A stretch of 21,838 bases of DNA from the IMG/VR virus record IMGVR_UViG_3300023371_000434; one strand, written 5' to 3'. The stretch's first letter is position 1. Each line of letters starts with the position of its first letter. This document shows, one piece after another, positions 1 through 8,202 of this stretch. This DNA is from a virus. Position numbers and translations under genes: made by a program. The notes beneath the pieces were generated by a model. That model saw only the letters and a program-made list of their open reading frames with translations. It searched no databases and was not told the origin of the DNA.

Positions 1-336
1 CTTATTAGAAGCTATTTGTAAATATAAATATAAATTTACTTTGTCAGAAGCATCTTTTTTTACGATGTCATATATAATTTTACCGATTTTAACTTTAATG
101 TTTTCTGGCAAAATTCTATATGGAACTTTTATCTTTTTGTCTATTGTATATCCCAAAGAATCTGCAATTAAATTATCATTGTCTCTTACAGACATTAACT
201 CATAAGGTAATATCCCTTTCTTTTTCAATTCCTCGCCTATTTTTACTTTATTTTGGTTTCTAATAGGTTGAATTAATCCGTAAGTTATAAAACCATCATT
301 ATAAGTTTCATGCTTTAGTTTTTGTTTTTCATTCAT
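1..336 (-). CDS. head-tail adaptor / head-closure protein (N-terminal part; continues beyond the left edge)
   Basis: My own translation from ATG 336..334 (MNEKQKLKHETYNDGFITYGLIQPIRNQ...YDIVKKDASDKVNLYLYLQ) stays open to position 1. The ATG overlaps the stop of the upstream connector gene. It sits directly after the capsid and connector genes. Confidence 0.5.
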   Translation of the reverse strand, partial: MNEKQKLKHETYNDGFITYGLIQPIRNQNKVKIGEELKKKGILPYELMSVRDNDNLIADSLGYTIDKKIKVPYRILPENIKVKIGKIIYDIVKKDASDKVNLYLYLQIASNK

Positions 337-616
337 TAGTATCACCTTCATTAGTTTCTATTGCATATTTAAATTGTAAATTTTGAATTTCATTTAGGAA
401 ATTTTTTTCAAAATATTCTTTAGAAAAGTTTCTTACATATCTGCAATAATCTTTCAATAAACCTTTAGCTACTAAATCTTTATCGTAATTAATCTCAGTA
501 CCTACCTTTTCAGATAGGTACTGTTTTGCCTCTAGAATTAAATCGTTTATCTCTTTATCTTCATCATCCCAAGTAACGTGAATATATGGTTTTACCTCAT
601 ATAGTAATTTATCCAT
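329..616 (-). CDS. head-tail connector protein (gp6-like / DNA-packaging family)
   Basis: 95-aa ORF immediately downstream of the capsid gene. The N-terminal pattern L..VK.YIHV.WDDEDKEINDLILEAKQYL is typical of the gp6-like connector family. Confidence 0.6.
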   Translation of the reverse strand: MDKLLYEVKPYIHVTWDDEDKEINDLILEAKQYLSEKVGTEINYDKDLVAKGLLKDYCRYVRNFSKEYFEKNFLNEIQNLQFKYAIETNEGDTNE

Positions 617-626
617 CTAATCACCT

Positions 627-1766
627 CTATACTTCTGCAGTTAATTCTACAGCCTCGATTCCAGAAATATCAACATTTAAGAATGAATTGTTATCAACAG
701 GGAAACCATTTCCATATAATTTTCCTAGGTAAACTCTTTCATCTTCTAAGAAACGATATTCATCAGATTCTTCTATTTTCTTTGTTGAACCTAATCCCAT
801 AAAATATTTAGGAGCTAGTCCAACAACTGCTTTTCCTTGTGCAACAGCAGGACATTGTATAACATCTGTTGGGAATGGTAATACATTATTTACATATGTT
901 CCATTTGCATTTAATATTGTAGTTGCAGGGAATATTTTTGTTAAATAATCTATTGGATTTACTACCATTAACATTTTAGTAACAACTCTTTTACCTCCAT
1001 TTGTTAATTTAGCTGCTAAAGCACCCATTGTTGCAGGTTTTAAATCAGTTATAGGAAGAGCTTCTTTTTCAGGATAAACACCTTCTACAACTGCTCCTTC
1101 TAAATCTCTGTTCATACCTATTGGTTGGTCTTTACCTGTTCCTGTTACTATTCCTTCTTCAAGTCCAAGGCTTAATGCTTCAACAATAAATCTTCTTATG
1201 AAAGAATCTAACCAAGCTGGTCCTAAATCTAAATGAGCTTTACAAATTGGTAAGAAAGCACTTAATTTGTATAAGTTAACAGGTTTTTTATCAAATCCAC
1301 TTTCTAATTCTTTTTTGATTTCATCAGTTAATTTTCCCCACCATGCTGGAGTTACATCACCAGTTCTAACTATAAATTCAACCATTCCAGTAACATTTTG
1401 AAAGTTTATTACTGAAAGTATTGGATGTTGTGCCTCTAAATCTTCAAATATTCTATCAATTGTAGTAGTTGGCATTACTGCGTCTATATCACTTATTGAT
1501 TGATTAGCTTTCATTGCTTCAGCTAATTTATTGTAATATGTCACTTCTTCTGATGTTAATAATTTAGCTCCTCTTGATGTCATTATCATATTGTCATTGT
1601 TTGTTTGTCTCATTGTTTTTGTCACTTCCATAGTTGTTTCTTGTGCTACATATTGCATTAATTCTGTTAATGCTTCTACTTGTTTTGCATTGTCTCCACT
1701 TTCTACAGCTTCTTTCATTTTTGTTTTTAATTCCTCATTTGTTAATTTTAAATCTAAATTTTCCAT
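627..1766 (-). CDS. major capsid protein, HK97-like
   Basis: 379-aa ORF directly after a ClpP-type prohead protease. It has an N-terminal helical scaffold-like segment, and its size and position match the HK97 head module. Confidence 0.8.
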   Translation of the reverse strand: MENLDLKLTNEELKTKMKEAVESGDNAKQVEALTELMQYVAQETTMEVTKTMRQTNNDNMIMTSRGAKLLTSEEVTYYNKLAEAMKANQSISDIDAVMPTTTIDRIFEDLEAQHPILSVINFQNVTGMVEFIVRTGDVTPAWWGKLTDEIKKELESGFDKKPVNLYKLSAFLPICKAHLDLGPAWLDSFIRRFIVEALSLGLEEGIVTGTGKDQPIGMNRDLEGAVVEGVYPEKEALPITDLKPATMGALAAKLTNGGKRVVTKMLMVVNPIDYLTKIFPATTILNANGTYVNNVLPFPTDVIQCPAVAQGKAVVGLAPKYFMGLGSTKKIEESDEYRFLEDERVYLGKLYGNGFPVDNNSFLNVDISGIEAVELTAEV

Positions 1767-1782
1767 TTAAATTTCCTCCCTT

Positions 1783-2595
1783 TTATTTTAAAAATTTATT
1801 TAAAAAAGACACCATTAAGGTATCTTGTTTTTGAACTTTTTTATTTTCTTCTAGACTATTTAATAGTCCCTTTGGTTCTTCATTTGCTGAACCATTTAAC
1901 AGATTATCACTGATTTCTTTAGCTATTTTATTTACTGTTTCTTCACTAACATCAATAACGACTGTTTTTTCTTTTTCTTGTTGTTTTAGTTTGTTTACAA
2001 GTTTTAATAAACACATATTTGCATGTTGATTTATAGAACTATTTGTTTTTAATTCTATTATTTCATCTGCAAATCCCATTTCTATACATTCATCTGCAGT
2101 TAAATATGTTTCTTCATCAAGTAATTTATCAAGTTTATCTTCTGTTATATTAACCTTAGATAAATATGCTTCTTTATAAGCTACAGCAATTTTATCCATA
2201 TCATCAGCAGTCTTTCTTAATTCTTTTGAATTTCCAACTGTCCAAAGCCAGCAATTATGTATCATCATTAAAGCAGTCTTTGGCATATAAATTTTATTTC
2301 CTGCCATTGCTATTATTGAGGCTGATGAGGCTGCAATTCCATCTATATAAACATTAATTTGTGCTTTATGCTGTTTTAATAAGTTGTATATTGCTAAACC
2401 TTGAAAAGTTTCTCCTCCGTATGAATTAATGTGAATATTTATTTCTGATATTTCTCCTAAATTTTCTAATTCTTGTTTGAATCCCCATGCTGAAACATCT
2501 GATTCATCCCATTCATAAGATGTTATATATCCATAAATATATAAATCTACAACGCTGTCTGATTGTTTTTCAAAACTATAAAACTTTTTGTCCAT
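1783..2595 (-). CDS. ClpP-family (S14) prohead maturation protease
   Basis: Contains INSYGGETFQGLAIYNLL...YIDGIAASSASIIAMAG...MMIHN, the ClpP-like Ser/His motifs. It lies between the portal and capsid genes. Confidence 0.9.
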   Translation of the reverse strand: MDKKFYSFEKQSDSVVDLYIYGYITSYEWDESDVSAWGFKQELENLGEISEINIHINSYGGETFQGLAIYNLLKQHKAQINVYIDGIAASSASIIAMAGNKIYMPKTALMMIHNCWLWTVGNSKELRKTADDMDKIAVAYKEAYLSKVNITEDKLDKLLDEETYLTADECIEMGFADEIIELKTNSSINQHANMCLLKLVNKLKQQEKEKTVVIDVSEETVNKIAKEISDNLLNGSANEEPKGLLNSLEENKKVQKQDTLMVSFLNKFLK

Positions 2596-3710
2596 TACTT
2601 ACCTCCTTCCTGTTTTTGATAATTTTTGGTAATATAATGTGCATTAGCCCAATCTTCATCAATAAGTTCTTCTCCGATTGCTCTTAATAAGAAATTATGA
2701 GAAAATCCTATTCTTGTTAATACATCAAGGCTTCCAGCAACATCAAATATACTTATATGTTCAATTCTGCTAATATCTACCTTAATTTTTGAGCCTTTGC
2801 TATATGCTATTTCACCATATAATTTACGATTAATTTCATCTTCCAATAATTTTGCAACAGGTTTTACTGATAATGTTAATAAATTCTTTGTTTCCTCTTT
2901 GATTTCAGACAATTCTCCTTTGATAATTCCTTTTGGAATGTTAAAGGCAATTGCAACAATATCAAAAATTCCTTCGATTATTTTATTAACATCTTCAGAT
3001 GATGTCACGGATTTCTTTTCACTTTCAGTAAAATCAAATCCTTCTTCCATTGGTATAACCGCATTATCTGATGAAAAATAAGAACGAAACTTTGATCTTA
3101 TAGCTTCTTGTAGTTTTGCTTGGTCATCAAATTTTTGAGACCATGTTGTGTTTAATTTAACTTTTCCTCTTACACTTCTCGCTTTTCTATAATCATTCAT
3201 GCATTGAGTTATAAGTATTCCATAACTGTTGTATAATCCATCTAATAAGTTCTTTATCTTTGAATTATTTAACTTAAAATAAAAAACATCTTCCATGTAG
3301 TAAGTTTTGTTAAAAGTTAAGCCTCCAACACTTACATTTGTGAAAAATGTTTGATATAACGTTCTTTCGTTTTTAGAAAAAGAATCTGCAATGTAATACA
3401 TTCCATTTTCTTCTATAACTAACGCTTCATTGTCATAAAAAAGTTTCCATATTAATTCAGATTTAAATTCACTTGCATTTTGATTTTGATTTGGTTCAAC
3501 ATTGAACCTATAATAATTGTGTTTAAACACCTCTTTTTTATCTGTAAATGTTCTAATCTCTGAATTAGTTATTAATTTTGCTATTATATTTATTGCACTA
3601 GCTATTGCTAATTCTTTATAATATATTTCTTTAGCTACATCTTCAGCATAGCTGTTATAAAATGTATCATTTTTATTAAAAAATCTTCCAAAAACATCTT
3701 TTATGCCCAT
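2595..3710 (-). CDS. portal protein
   Basis: 371-aa ORF between TerL and the protease. Its stop overlaps the protease start (ATGA-type coupling), and its size and position fit an HK97-family portal. Confidence 0.8.
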   Translation of the reverse strand: MGIKDVFGRFFNKNDTFYNSYAEDVAKEIYYKELAIASAINIIAKLITNSEIRTFTDKKEVFKHNYYRFNVEPNQNQNASEFKSELIWKLFYDNEALVIEENGMYYIADSFSKNERTLYQTFFTNVSVGGLTFNKTYYMEDVFYFKLNNSKIKNLLDGLYNSYGILITQCMNDYRKARSVRGKVKLNTTWSQKFDDQAKLQEAIRSKFRSYFSSDNAVIPMEEGFDFTESEKKSVTSSEDVNKIIEGIFDIVAIAFNIPKGIIKGELSEIKEETKNLLTLSVKPVAKLLEDEINRKLYGEIAYSKGSKIKVDISRIEHISIFDVAGSLDVLTRIGFSHNFLLRAIGEELIDEDWANAHYITKNYQKQEGGK

Positions 3711-3725
3711 TTTCTTATTTCCTTT

Positions 3726-5381
3726 CTAAAAATCTATTGAATCAAATATTTGTGCATTCTCATTAATAACTGTTAATTCTTCTGATACTGTCATAGATGC
3801 AACAAATGCCATAAATCCATCTGTTTTTCTTGATTTTGGCTCTATTTTTCCAAACACTTTAGTGTTGTTCTGCCAAGGTACTAATTTTGTATTGTTTGTA
3901 AACCAACGCATTAAAGGATTGTCTCCCCATGCAATATTTTGATTTACAAATATGCTCTCAATAACAGGCTGTATTTTTGCAATATCGCTTGGTCTAACTA
4001 GCTTAACCTGTTCCTTATTCTTAGCATCAAACCCTATTTCGTTCATTTCCTTGCTTATTAACGCATATCTAAAATTATCAACTGCTATTTTCTTTATATT
4101 GTATATCCTGCCTTTTTCACTTATCCAATCAAATATTAGTTTAGGCTTTATTTCTACATCATCAACTTCCGTTAATAAACCTCTTGTTTGCCAATCTTTC
4201 AGTGGTGCTTGTATTCTTTTTTTATCTTTACTGTTTTTACAAAACCAAGAATGCGTAATTCCATAATATTTATTATCTTTTTTAAACAATAAAAATACAG
4301 ATGCAAAATCTGATAAACTTGCATAATCTATACCACAAACACATGACTGTCTTTCTAAATTAATTATTTCTTTGTTGGTTTTTTCAATTAAAGACCATTC
4401 TACAGCAACCTCTTCTTCTTTCTGCTCTGGCAAATTCATCCTTTTTGTCATAAATTCAGATATTTTACTTGGAAATAGTTTCATTTCCTCATAGTCTGTT
4501 TTTATTTCATTAAATAAATCTGGCATATATTCTAAAGATGGATTAGCTTTTATCCATTTTTTCTCATCATCTGCTTCCTCTTTTTTGTCTATCCTACATA
4601 AAAACGGATAATATCTAACTGTATTAGGCATTCCATTAAGTATTTTTTCACAAACATTTAATAATTCATCTAAAGGTCCACCTCTTACATATCCATTTGT
4701 TGTAATTATAAATATTCTTGCGTGTTTTACTTTACCTAAACCACTTTGAAATACTTTTATTTGTCCATCATTTTCATAAGCATGATATTCATTAAATAAT
4801 ATTGCACCATCTTTTTTACCATCTTTTGTTTTTGCATTAGATGTATTAAATCTGTAAAATCCTTTAGTTTTTTTATCTATAATTATTTCTTTGTTCCAAT
4901 AAAAATATTTTTCAAATTTTTTCTTGTTGTTTTCTAACATATCATAAACAACATTGAATGTATCTTGCGATTGTTCTTCTGAAGTAGCCACAATATCAAT
5001 GCTGTATTTAGGCACTCCATACAACCTAGATTGTAAAAAGTTCATTAAAGGAGACATCATTCCGTCTTTTCCGTTACCTCTTCCCATCAAGATTACAAAA
5101 GTTTTAAAGACTGGAATGTCATCTTTATACATAAAAACAAATGCATATATAAACTTTTGATATGGAAACAATTTGTAATACCATCTTTCACAATACGAAA
5201 TACATTTATAATATGTTTCACTATCAAAAAAAACATCCTCCCTTTTTAATAAAGGTTCTACGATGTTTTTTATAAGCAATTTTCTATCTTCATTTATTTT
5301 TTCTGGATTTTCTTTGCAATATTTTAAATAATCATCTATTTCCTTACAATAAATCATCCCCTTCATCTCCACCACCTTCAT
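3726..5381 (-). CDS. terL: terminase large subunit
   Basis: 551-aa ORF with a Walker-A-like MGRGNGKDG and the general layout of a Terminase_1 ATPase plus nuclease. The start is uncertain, because Met6 at 5366 has the better AAGGTGG SD. Confidence 0.9.
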   Translation of the reverse strand: MKVVEMKGMIYCKEIDDYLKYCKENPEKINEDRKLLIKNIVEPLLKREDVFFDSETYYKCISYCERWYYKLFPYQKFIYAFVFMYKDDIPVFKTFVILMGRGNGKDGMMSPLMNFLQSRLYGVPKYSIDIVATSEEQSQDTFNVVYDMLENNKKKFEKYFYWNKEIIIDKKTKGFYRFNTSNAKTKDGKKDGAILFNEYHAYENDGQIKVFQSGLGKVKHARIFIITTNGYVRGGPLDELLNVCEKILNGMPNTVRYYPFLCRIDKKEEADDEKKWIKANPSLEYMPDLFNEIKTDYEEMKLFPSKISEFMTKRMNLPEQKEEEVAVEWSLIEKTNKEIINLERQSCVCGIDYASLSDFASVFLLFKKDNKYYGITHSWFCKNSKDKKRIQAPLKDWQTRGLLTEVDDVEIKPKLIFDWISEKGRIYNIKKIAVDNFRYALISKEMNEIGFDAKNKEQVKLVRPSDIAKIQPVIESIFVNQNIAWGDNPLMRWFTNNTKLVPWQNNTKVFGKIEPKSRKTDGFMAFVASMTVSEELTVINENAQIFDSIDF

Positions 5382-5721
5382 CTGGTGCTTTCAAATCTAA
5401 GTCTTGTAAAATCTTTAGCATCTGTGCATTCGTTTTTAATAATCTTTCACAGCTTTCATTAGGCTTATATGTTGTAAACCCATTTCCACCTGTTGATTTA
5501 TATCTTATTCCATTATCGTTTATGTCTTTTTTTAATCTTTCTTTTAAATCTACTAAATATAAATAATCTTCTATCATATCATCAAAGTGTTTTCCGAATT
5601 TTCCTTGCGAAATAAGTTGTGCTTGTAGATCCTCTTTTATAGCATTCTTCTTATCTGATGTGTTTTTTTCAAATTCTTCCTCTTTTTTTCTACTAGGTTT
5701 TTTTGTTGATTTGGTTGCCAT
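5344..5721 (-). CDS. terS: terminase small subunit (P27-like)
   Basis: I trimmed the ORF track entry to Met29 (MATKSTKKPSRKKEE...). That start is preceded by AAGGGGG plus 7 nt, whereas the upstream 28 codons run through a G+C-rich non-coding-looking segment. Confidence 0.7.
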   Translation of the reverse strand: MATKSTKKPSRKKEEEFEKNTSDKKNAIKEDLQAQLISQGKFGKHFDDMIEDYLYLVDLKERLKKDINDNGIRYKSTGGNGFTTYKPNESCERLLKTNAQMLKILQDLDLKAPDEGGGDEGDDLL

Positions 5722-5825
5722 TTTCCTACCCCCTTTATACGCGTGAAAGTCATTTTTCTTTTGTCGTGAACCCTCCCCGTTCGAGAGCTTGTGAATTTTA
5801 GCCAAAACTTTTTAAGGGGGGCTTT
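5722..5825. other. candidate cos/pac region upstream of terS
   Basis: A locally G+C-rich intergenic segment in an AT-rich genome. CCCCCTT (overlapping the terS SD, just left of this interval) and AAGGGGGG (here) form a distant inverted pair, and CGTGAA occurs twice. It sits in an HNH + TerS + TerL context. Confidence 0.3.
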
Positions 5826-6272
5826 CTATTTATCAAGATTATACTTTTCTGCTACTTTTATAACAGTATCAACAGTATCTTTATCAAACCTTATGTTATT
5901 TCTACTACATCTTATATCTATTATTGAATATGTATCCGCTTCTTTTAGTTTTCTCTTTAAATCATCTATTGTATATCTTTTACCACAACATACTGTTAAT
6001 GATGCGTAAAGTATTCCTTCATAATAGTTCTTCATTAATAGTTTAAACTTCTTTGATATTTCTTTTTCTTCATAAGTTTTATCTTCTTTATCTGTTATTG
6101 CTATTAAATCTGATATTCTATACTCCTTATCAAATACTTTAACTACAACATCATTTATTGTTTCCGCTTCTGTATTTACTTCATTAACATCTAATTCTTT
6201 TGATATTTCTTCTGTCTTTTCCTCTGCTTCTTTTATTTCTTCTTCTATCTTCTTTGCTCTTGCCATTACCAT
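5826..6272 (-). CDS. hypothetical protein
   Basis: 148-aa ORF on the operon strand with an acidic N-terminus. Its start overlaps the HNH gene end. Confidence 0.5.
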   Translation of the reverse strand: MVMARAKKIEEEIKEAEEKTEEISKELDVNEVNTEAETINDVVVKVFDKEYRISDLIAITDKEDKTYEEKEISKKFKLLMKNYYEGILYASLTVCCGKRYTIDDLKRKLKEADTYSIIDIRCSRNNIRFDKDTVDTVIKVAEKYNLDK

Positions 6273-6604
6273 CTCTCCTCATTAACAAATTTCTTTTTAT
6301 GTTTTATATTTTTAAATGGATTTTTATTATCAAGTATATTATGATGATGTACACATACTGTCATTAAATTATCTTTTACATATGTTAGCTCTGGATATTG
6401 TTCTATCTCTTTTATATGATGAACGTCTAGTTTCTTATTATGTTCCTTGATTGTTAGCTTGCCTTCTCTTTTGCATTCTTGACATTCGTAATTATCTCTT
6501 TTTAATATTTCTTTGCTTAAATAATCTTTCCAATATGGGTCATCATATATCTTTTTCTTTTTTCCGCTTCTAATTAATTCCCTTATCTGCTCTACTGTGT
6601 ACAT
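6266..6604 (-). CDS. HNH endonuclease (packaging-associated)
   Basis: Contains CQECKREGK...LDVHHIKE...NLMTVCVHHHN, an HNH motif with zinc-binding Cys pairs. It lies just upstream of the terminase genes, as in cos-type HNH-dependent phages. Confidence 0.9.
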   Translation of the reverse strand: MYTVEQIRELIRSGKKKKIYDDPYWKDYLSKEILKRDNYECQECKREGKLTIKEHNKKLDVHHIKEIEQYPELTYVKDNLMTVCVHHHNILDNKNPFKNIKHKKKFVNEERW

Positions 6605-6607
6605 TTT

Positions 6608-6838
6608 TTATTCTTCTATTCTCTCTATTATTTCAAAGAAACCTGCTCTAAACCAAAAGTCATCTATTCCTACAAATTTTAAACAGTCCATTCTTTCATC
6701 ATCGCATGGACAATCTACTATATCTTCAACTATTAACTCTTTATCTTTTAATCTTTCTTTATAGTTAAATATTTTAGTTATATTAAGTTCTTCCGCTTCC
6801 TTTTTGAATATAACTTTATCTCCTATTCTCTTTTTCAC
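6608..6838 (-). CDS. hypothetical protein (GTG start)
   Basis: 76-aa ORF on the operon strand. Confidence 0.45.
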   Translation of the reverse strand: MKKRIGDKVIFKKEAEELNITKIFNYKERLKDKELIVEDIVDCPCDDERMDCLKFVGIDDFWFRAGFFEIIERIEE

Positions 6839-7038
6839 TTTTCTTTGTTCCTTTCTTTACCTCGCTTTTCTCTTTTTGAGGTTTAACTTCTTTTACTTCC
6901 TCCGCATAAGCTTGTCCTTTAAACTTTGCGTTAATGATTTCTTTGCCTCGCTTTTCTGAAACTTCGTAAATATCTCCGTTTCTTAATATCTTTATTTAAT
7001 TGTTTATCTTTATAATCTATTAATGCTTTAATCTTCAT
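6816..7038 (-). CDS. hypothetical small protein, requires +1 shift at CGG 6978..6976
   Basis: ATG 7038 is preceded by GGAGGA. Frame 0 reads MKIKALIDYKDKQLNKDIKK then CGG. The +1 frame continues GDIYEVSEKRGKEIINAKFKGQAYAEEV... to TAA at 6818..6816, giving about 73 aa. Without the shift the product is basic nonsense that ends early. Confidence 0.6.
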
Positions 7039-7309
7039 CTTCTTTTCCTCCCTTATTAAAGTTATTGCATATTTTATATATATTGTTTTGTTTGTCTATT
7101 TCTGTTTTTACTTTCCCTTTACATTTATGAATACACTCACAGCAAGAATTGTTTTTATTTAAACGCAATTTATTTCCACAGTGACTGCATTTATATACAT
7201 TACTCATGCTCTCTGATTTAATTAATATATAGTTATGCTCACATCCGAAACATTTGGTTTGTTCTGGACAATCTTTGCATTGAAATCTGAGACATAATTC
7301 TTTAACCAT
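7028..7309 (-). CDS. Cys-rich (multi-CxxC) zinc-ribbon-like protein
   Basis: 93-aa ORF with CKDC, CFGC, CSHC, CCEC and CKGK patterns. No family was recognised. Confidence 0.5.
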   Translation of the reverse strand: MVKELCLRFQCKDCPEQTKCFGCEHNYILIKSESMSNVYKCSHCGNKLRLNKNNSCCECIHKCKGKVKTEIDKQNNIYKICNNFNKGGKEDED

Positions 7310-7477
7310 TTTTCCTTTTCCTTTGTTTTATTTATATACACTATGTAATGATATAAAGTAGCCCAATTCTACTTATGGTGCTCTTTATTGTTTTTTGTCC
7401 GTTTAGGTTGCAGGTCGCACTTCAAACCATAACTTAATATGTAAAAACCGTTAATTAGTTTATTCTATATCACTACA

Positions 7478-7567
7478 TACTATATACACTACGCAAAATG
7501 CACATATAACAATATTTATAGAGCAGTCATATTGTTATAATTGAGTACATTCTGCGTACTATATACA
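7478..7567. repeat. compound palindrome flanked by an 11-bp direct repeat
   Basis: TACTATATACA occurs at 7478-7488 and 7557-7567. Outer arms are TACGCAAAATG (7490-7500) and CATTCTGCGTA (7548-7558), matching at 10 of 11 positions. Perfect inner arms are ATAACAATAT (7506-7515) and ATATTGTTAT (7529-7538). Confidence 0.7.
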
Positions 7568-7599
7568 AGTGTTAACTAGAATACACTTAAGGGCTAAAT

Positions 7600-7825
7600 T
7601 TAACAATTTTTGAAAGGAGGTAATCCCAAAAGGAATTACAGGATTTATATTAACCTTATCTAGTATTGGATAATAACTTTATATTTGGGTGGGTCGGCAC
7701 CCCTACATCTCTTGTAAGACCCAATTGAATTACAGATAACTGACCTGCTGTAAACAGTGGCATTTCGCCAACATTCAGCTATTTCAATTTAGGTGTGATA
7801 GCTACCTTTCTATCCTCCAAATAAA
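7600..7825 (-). ncRNA. candidate structured RNA (unclassified)
   Basis: No ORF on either strand, and the G+C content is locally raised. A nested three-way junction is visible: ATAGCTGA (7783-7776) pairs with TCAGTTAT (7742-7735) and encloses the TGGC-GAAAT-GCCA and CTG-TTTA-CAG hairpins. A possible closing helix is GAAAGGTA with TACC(TCC)TTTC. The A-C mismatches on the + strand become G-U pairs on the minus strand. Confidence 0.3.
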
Positions 7826-7847
7826 AAGCACCCACAAAAGCGGGTGC
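7819..7847 (-). terminator. rho-independent terminator of the zinc-finger peptide gene
   Basis: On the minus strand: GCACCCGC-TTTT-GTGGGTGC followed by TTTTTATTT, placed 14 nt after the stop codon. Confidence 0.8.
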
Positions 7848-7861
7848 TTCCTTTAGGATTT

Positions 7862-7990
7862 TATTTGCTTACATAACCTGTACCTGCGCAATAGCCACAT
7901 GTGTCGCCGTCATCATCAACTCCTGTACCGTCGCAATCGGGGCACTCAACGAGTTCATCGGGTCCCAAGTAATCATAATCGTCAGACATG
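7862..7990 (-). CDS. 42-aa peptide with two DnaJ-type CxxCxGxG zinc-finger repeats
   Basis: My own translation is MSDDYDYLGPDELVECPDCDGTGVDDDGDTCGYCAGTGYVSK. An AAAGGAG SD lies 7 nt upstream. The gene has its own promoter and terminator. Hand-counted G+C is about 48 percent, clearly above its surroundings. Confidence 0.65.
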
Positions 7991-8038
7991 ATGGATGCTC
8001 CTTTCGTTATAAATTAACCAATTGGTTTTGGCATCCAT

Positions 8039-8067
8039 ATTTTATCATTTTATGTATACTTTGTCAA
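8039..8067 (-). promoter_or_regulatory. sigma-70-type promoter for the zinc-finger peptide gene
   Basis: On the minus strand: TTGACA (8067-8062), a 17-nt spacer, then TAAAAT (8044-8039). Confidence 0.6.
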
Positions 8068-8101
8068 CAAAAATAGAGACAAACTGTTTCCAATTTGTCT
8101 C
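8066..8101 (-). terminator. rho-independent terminator after the RHH gene
   Basis: On the minus strand: GAGACAAA-TTGGAAACAG-TTTGTCTC followed by TATTTTTGTT. Confidence 0.75.
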
Positions 8102-8202
8102 CGCAAAACTTTATTACTACATCTATCGATGCATATTTGTTTTTCTCCCTACTATCATAATAACACGAAAAACTAATTCGTACTCGTACTTTTTTCGTAC
8201 CT

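Noticed and set aside
5722-5805. An N-terminal 28-codon extension of the terS ORF (MAKIHKLSNGEGSRQKKNDFHAYKGGRK).
   Set aside because: No SD precedes that ATG, whereas Met29 has AAGGGGG at proper spacing. The extension also runs through the G+C-rich non-coding-looking segment.
7611-7665. A strong SD-like AAAGGAGG on the + strand at 7613-7620, suggesting a hidden small gene.
   Set aside because: No ATG, GTG or TTG lies within a usable distance, and the downstream frames hit stops almost at once. It more likely pairs with CCTCC/CCTTTC at 7805-7817 within an RNA structure.
7685-7705. A T-box-like GGGTGG core (TTTGGGTGGGTCGGCACC).
   Set aside because: The rest of the T-box consensus (..TACCGCG) is absent, and the element is about 130 nt from the terminator instead of forming the antiterminator bulge.
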